Assembly: GCA_965242865.1 (NCBI GenBank) | Contig: CBDETK010000013.1 | Span: 416,001-480,000 of the forward strand | Direction: 5' to 3' | From: Candidatus Latescibacterota bacterium | GTDB taxonomy: Bacteria > Latescibacterota > UBA2968 > UBA8231 | Length of the DNA stretch: 64,000 nt | Shown: piece after piece, positions 60,307 through 64,000 of the stretch | Layout of the letters: each line of letters begins with the position of its first letter | How positions within the stretch are numbered: the first letter of the stretch is position 1 | The notes under the pieces: model-generated | Database searches by the model: none | Told to the model about the DNA's origin: nothing | The model's input: only the letters and a program-made list of their open reading frames with translations | Made by a program: the position numbers and the translations under genes

Positions 60307-61110
60307 CTAGTCGAGCGCGGCAATGGTTGCGCGCACAAATTCCACCGACGTTTTGAGCGCGGCCCGGCGCTCGCCTTCAATGCCGCACTCGTAGGCCAGA
60401 TAGCCGCTAAAGCCGATGTCCTTGAGGGCCTGCAAGCCGGCGCGCCAATCGATGTCGCCAGTGCCCGGCTGTAGGCGCGTGTTGTCGGCCAGATGAACGT
60501 GGGCGACGTGGGGGCCGGCTTGGCGGAAGGCGGCCGGCGTGTCGGTCTCTTCGATGTGCATGTGGAAGAAGTCGCTGAGCAGGGCCACGCCCGGGGGGCG
60601 GCCGGCGCGCTCGATGATTTCAACGCCATCGGCTTGGCGGCGCAAGAGGTGTTGCTCGTAGCGGTTGAGGGGTTCGAGCAGGAGCAAAGTGCCTTGGCTG
60701 GCGGCCCAAGCGGCCAGCTCTTTGACCTGCTCGACGAGCAGGGCCTTTTCTAGCGCAATGGCGTCTTGCAGCGGCGACAGGTCTGGGATGCGCGGCGGCC
60801 CAAAGATGGGCGGGACGATCTGGCCGACGGCTTGGAAGTGCCCGCAGGCGGCGAGTTGGCGGCGCGTCTCAGCGAGGCTGTTGGCGCGCTTGCGCGGGTC
60901 TGGGTCGAGCCAGTCAAAGGTCTCTTGGCCGCATACCGAAGCGATTTTGATCGAGCGGCCAGCGAGGGCCTGTTCGTATTTTTCGACGTGGTCGTACAGG
61001 CGCGAGCCGCCGCTGACCTCTAGGCCCTCGACGGCGAGCGATTCAGCGAAGTCGAGCTTTTCAGCGAGGCTTTCGCCGGGCAGCAACCCTTCCTGTAAGG
61101 CAATTTTCAT
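60307..61110 (-). CDS. Sugar phosphate isomerase/epimerase (TIM barrel)
   Basis: EPLNRYE, DFFHMHIEE, HVHLADN.R and YEC motifs. Confidence 0.88.
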   Translation of the reverse strand: MKIALQEGLLPGESLAEKLDFAESLAVEGLEVSGGSRLYDHVEKYEQALAGRSIKIASVCGQETFDWLDPDPRKRANSLAETRRQLAACGHFQAVGQIVPPIFGPPRIPDLSPLQDAIALEKALLVEQVKELAAWAASQGTLLLLEPLNRYEQHLLRRQADGVEIIERAGRPPGVALLSDFFHMHIEETDTPAAFRQAGPHVAHVHLADNTRLQPGTGDIDWRAGLQALKDIGFSGYLAYECGIEGERRAALKTSVEFVRATIAALD

Positions 61111-61195
61111 GGCGTCCTTTCTCGCGGCTTGACGTTAGGGGCGTTTTTGGGGTTTATAGCGGGCCAAAATATACACTGCCAACGGAGGATATGCC

Positions 61196-62158
61196 ATGCC
61201 AGAACGCGTCCAGATCGTAGTGCCCGGCGACCAGCCAACCCAGATCGCTGGTTCGCCGCATTTGCAGCGGCTCGCGCCCTACGGGGATGTCACCCTGTTT
61301 GAGGATACGCCGCAAAGCGCGGGCGAGAAGATCGCCCGGGCCGAGGGGGCGCAAATCATCATCAACACGCGCGGAGTCGTCACTTGGCGCGAGGAAATGC
61401 GCCGCTTGCCCGCGCTCAAAATGATTGCCACCTGCTCCATCGGCACGGACATGATCGACTTGGCGATTGCCAAGGAGTGCGGAATCGTGGTGTCGAACCA
61501 GCCCGGCCGCACCGCGCCCGTGGTGGCCGAGCATGTCTTAGGGCTGATGTTTGCCCTGTCCAAGCGCGCTTACTTTCAGACGGCCGAGCTCAAGGCGGGG
61601 CGCTGGACGCGCAAGATGAACACCATGCTGCAGGGCAAGGTGCTGGGCGTGGTGGGCACGGGGCCGATTGGCGCGGAGCTGGCGCGGTTGGGGCGGGCGA
61701 TTGGCATGGAGGTCATCGCGTGGACCTTCCATCCGTCGCCGCAACGCGCAGCCGAGTACGGGGTGCGCTTCGTCGAATTTGACGAGTTGTTGCAGACTGC
61801 GGACGTGGTCAGCCTGCACGTGCGGTTGACCGAGGATACCCGGCACTTGCTCGGGGCGCGCGAGTTTGGCCTGATGAAAAAGGGGGCGCTGTTGCTGAAC
61901 GGCGCGCGCGGCGACGTGCTAGACATTCACGCCTTGCGCGCGGCCCTGTTGTCCGGGCATTTGGGCGGCGCCGGGTTAGACGTATTTTCACAGGAGCCGC
62001 TGCCGAGCGACGACCCCATCCTCGATTGCGAGCAGGTAGTCCTAACGCCCCATGCCGCGGATCAGACGCCCGAGGGGGTGGATTTGTTGAACGAGGGCGC
62101 GGTGGATAATGTGATTGCGTTTTTGCAGGGGCGGCCGCAAAACAACGTGGCCGCGTGA
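61196..62158 (+). CDS. D-isomer-specific 2-hydroxyacid dehydrogenase
   Basis: GTGPIG, NGARG, LDVFSQEP and LTPH motifs. Confidence 0.9.
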   Translation: MPERVQIVVPGDQPTQIAGSPHLQRLAPYGDVTLFEDTPQSAGEKIARAEGAQIIINTRGVVTWREEMRRLPALKMIATCSIGTDMIDLAIAKECGIVVSNQPGRTAPVVAEHVLGLMFALSKRAYFQTAELKAGRWTRKMNTMLQGKVLGVVGTGPIGAELARLGRAIGMEVIAWTFHPSPQRAAEYGVRFVEFDELLQTADVVSLHVRLTEDTRHLLGAREFGLMKKGALLLNGARGDVLDIHALRAALLSGHLGGAGLDVFSQEPLPSDDPILDCEQVVLTPHAADQTPEGVDLLNEGAVDNVIAFLQGRPQNNVAA

Positions 62159-62207
62159 GGCCGACGAGCAGGGGAGTTCGAGATACGACGCACCAAACAG
62201 GAGAGCT

Positions 62208-62915
62208 ATGGACGACAAAAAGCTAGCAAAAGAAAAAAAGGAATTTGCCACGGTCCTACGGCGCGAGCCGTCCTCGGAGGGGGTAGATGATAAGGGGCGG
62301 ACGGATCTGCACCATGCAGCGGCATTGAACCTGCCCGCCCTTTCCACTTTTCTGCTGCACGGCGGGGCCGAGGTCAACGCCAAGGACGAGGAAGGGATGA
62401 TGCCGCTGCACAGTGCGTCCATGCGGAATGCGATTGAGGTCGCGAGGATTTTGCTACCCAGCGGGGCCGAGGTCAACGCCAAGGACAAGGACGGCCTGAC
62501 GCCGCTGCACGTTGCAACCGCGCGGAACGCGCTGGTGGTGGCGGAGTTTCTGCTGGCCAATGGCGCGGATATCAACGCCAAAAACTACTACAATGGCCTG
62601 ACGCCGCTCCACCTTGCGACCGCGCGGAATGAGGTTGGAGTGGCGGAGTTTCTGCTGCACAACGGCGCGGACGCCAACGCCAAAAACTACCACGACGACC
62701 TGACGCCGCTGCACATTGCAACGATGCGGAACATTTTTCGCATCGCCGAGATTTTGCTGGACAACGGCGCGGATGTCAACGCCAAGACGAGTGACGGCTG
62801 GACGCCGTTGTTTCTCGCCACGCACAAAAGAGATAAGGTCGGTCTGGTGCTTCGTTTCTTTGGGATGGAGAGGGGGATCGTTCGTTTGTTGCGCTGGCAC
62901 GGGGGCGAGGAATAA
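62208..62915 (+). CDS. Ankyrin repeat protein
   Basis: About 5 G.TPLH.A...LL..GADVNAK repeats. Confidence 0.92.
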   Translation: MDDKKLAKEKKEFATVLRREPSSEGVDDKGRTDLHHAAALNLPALSTFLLHGGAEVNAKDEEGMMPLHSASMRNAIEVARILLPSGAEVNAKDKDGLTPLHVATARNALVVAEFLLANGADINAKNYYNGLTPLHLATARNEVGVAEFLLHNGADANAKNYHDDLTPLHIATMRNIFRIAEILLDNGADVNAKTSDGWTPLFLATHKRDKVGLVLRFFGMERGIVRLLRWHGGEE

Positions 62916-63054
62916 AGCAGCTAGGAAAACGCTCAGGACGCGACGCCTATGGAGTGCGTATTTTTTAAGGCGGTGGGGAGGCAGCCGAGAATAGGACGCC
63001 GCCGCGGGGCGATCAGAAAAAGCCTGCCAATCAACCACATGCAAAAGAAAACCA

Positions 63055-63984
63055 ATGAAAAGCTCAGAGCAGCCTAAGCAGTCCCGATTCAAGCGGCTTG
63101 CCGTAGCCTTGGGCGCGGTGGCTCTTTTGATGTGGGGCATCATGTATGTTGGATCCCTGCTCACATCGGGCGAGGGGGGCAACGCCCAAGACACCGAGGG
63201 CTGGACGCCGCTGCACGAAGCGGCGGCGGCGTATGATGAGTCGCTGGCGAAGGTGTTGCTGGACCAAGGCGCGGACGTACACGCCCAAGACAGCTATGGC
63301 CAGACGCCCCTGCACGAAGCGGCACATAAGAATGCGGCGGCGGTGGCGAAGGTGCTGCTAGAAAACGGCGCGGAGATAAACGCCCAAGACCACGAGGGCC
63401 GGACGCCCCTGCACAGAGTGACGGCGTACATGGATGCCGCGGAGACAGCGGAGGTGTTGATAGAAAACGGCGCAGACGTACACGCCAAAAACAACTATGG
63501 CCGGACGCCGATGCACGAAGCGGCGTGGGGTAAAGCGTCGGCGACGGCAAAGATGTTGCTGGAAAACGGTGCCGACGCAGACGTCAAAAGCAACAAGGGC
63601 CGGACGCCCCTGTGCGATACGGCGACGAGGAATGATACGACGATGGCGAGGATGTTGCTGGCCCAAGGCGCGGACGTAAACGCCCAAGACCTCAAGGGCT
63701 GGACACCCCTACACTGGGCGGCACCCGAGGATGCGGCAGCGGTAGCGAAGATATTGCTGGAAAACGGCGCAGACGCAGACGTCAGAACCAAAAGCGACCT
63801 CGGCTGGACGCCCCTGCACTACGCGGCGATGGAGGATGCGGCGGCGATGGCGACGGTGTTGCTGGAAAACGGCGCGGACGTAAATGCCCAAGACCTCAAG
63901 GGCTGGACGCCCCTGCACTGGGCAGAGTTTAAGAACGCCGCGGCGACAGCCGAGGTGTTGCGCCGCTATGGTGGGCGAAAGTGA
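63055..63984 (+). CDS. Ankyrin repeat protein with an N-terminal membrane anchor
   Basis: Hydrophobic N-terminal helix followed by about 8 GWTPLH.AA...LLENGADVNAQD repeats. Confidence 0.92.
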   Translation: MKSSEQPKQSRFKRLAVALGAVALLMWGIMYVGSLLTSGEGGNAQDTEGWTPLHEAAAAYDESLAKVLLDQGADVHAQDSYGQTPLHEAAHKNAAAVAKVLLENGAEINAQDHEGRTPLHRVTAYMDAAETAEVLIENGADVHAKNNYGRTPMHEAAWGKASATAKMLLENGADADVKSNKGRTPLCDTATRNDTTMARMLLAQGADVNAQDLKGWTPLHWAAPEDAAAVAKILLENGADADVRTKSDLGWTPLHYAAMEDAAAMATVLLENGADVNAQDLKGWTPLHWAEFKNAAATAEVLRRYGGRK

Positions 63985-64000
63985 AAGAATCGGAGCGGCC

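Noticed and set aside
62208-63984. DGR template/variable repeat pair
   Set aside because: Repeats are ankyrin units and no reverse transcriptase is in the window

Overview
GC-rich bacterial chromosome segment. Ankyrin, TPR and CRTAC1/ASPIC proteins plus urea uptake suggest a marine, possibly sponge-associated, diderm bacterium (inference only). The housekeeping and metabolic backbone includes sugar ABC permeases, an ECF sigma factor, smc, gatC-pyrG-lptA/C-like-lptB-rpoN, ureD-urtA-porin-urtBCDE-ureAB-ureC-ureF-ureG, a short purH, dapAB, a glmU-like gene and ppk1. Several visibly lower-GC insertions interrupt it, none with an integrase. (1) 10.7-15.5 kb: a tightly coupled four-gene operon of a Cys-rich PP-loop/PAPS-reductase-like enzyme, an SF2 helicase, a MORC/GHKL ATPase and a PLD nuclease. 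This is the best candidate for an undescribed DNA modification-restriction defence system. (2) 26.5-30.7 kb: a PHP-ATPase (Ppl/TrlF-like) and a Schlafen/AlbA_2 protein, preceded by the eroded tail of a lost gene. (3) 54.2-55.7 kb: a protein that appears to carry a phage capsid-decoration-like domain, overlapping a PD-(D/E)XK nuclease gene. (4) Two toxin-antitoxin loci whose toxins are truncated while the antitoxins are intact. Other notable points are a urease system resembling plant/fungal ones (no ureE) and two sigma54 promoters with candidate enhancer repeats, one driving the ECF sigma gene. No rRNA, tRNA, CRISPR array or transposase was seen. Family assignments come from motif recognition, not database searches.
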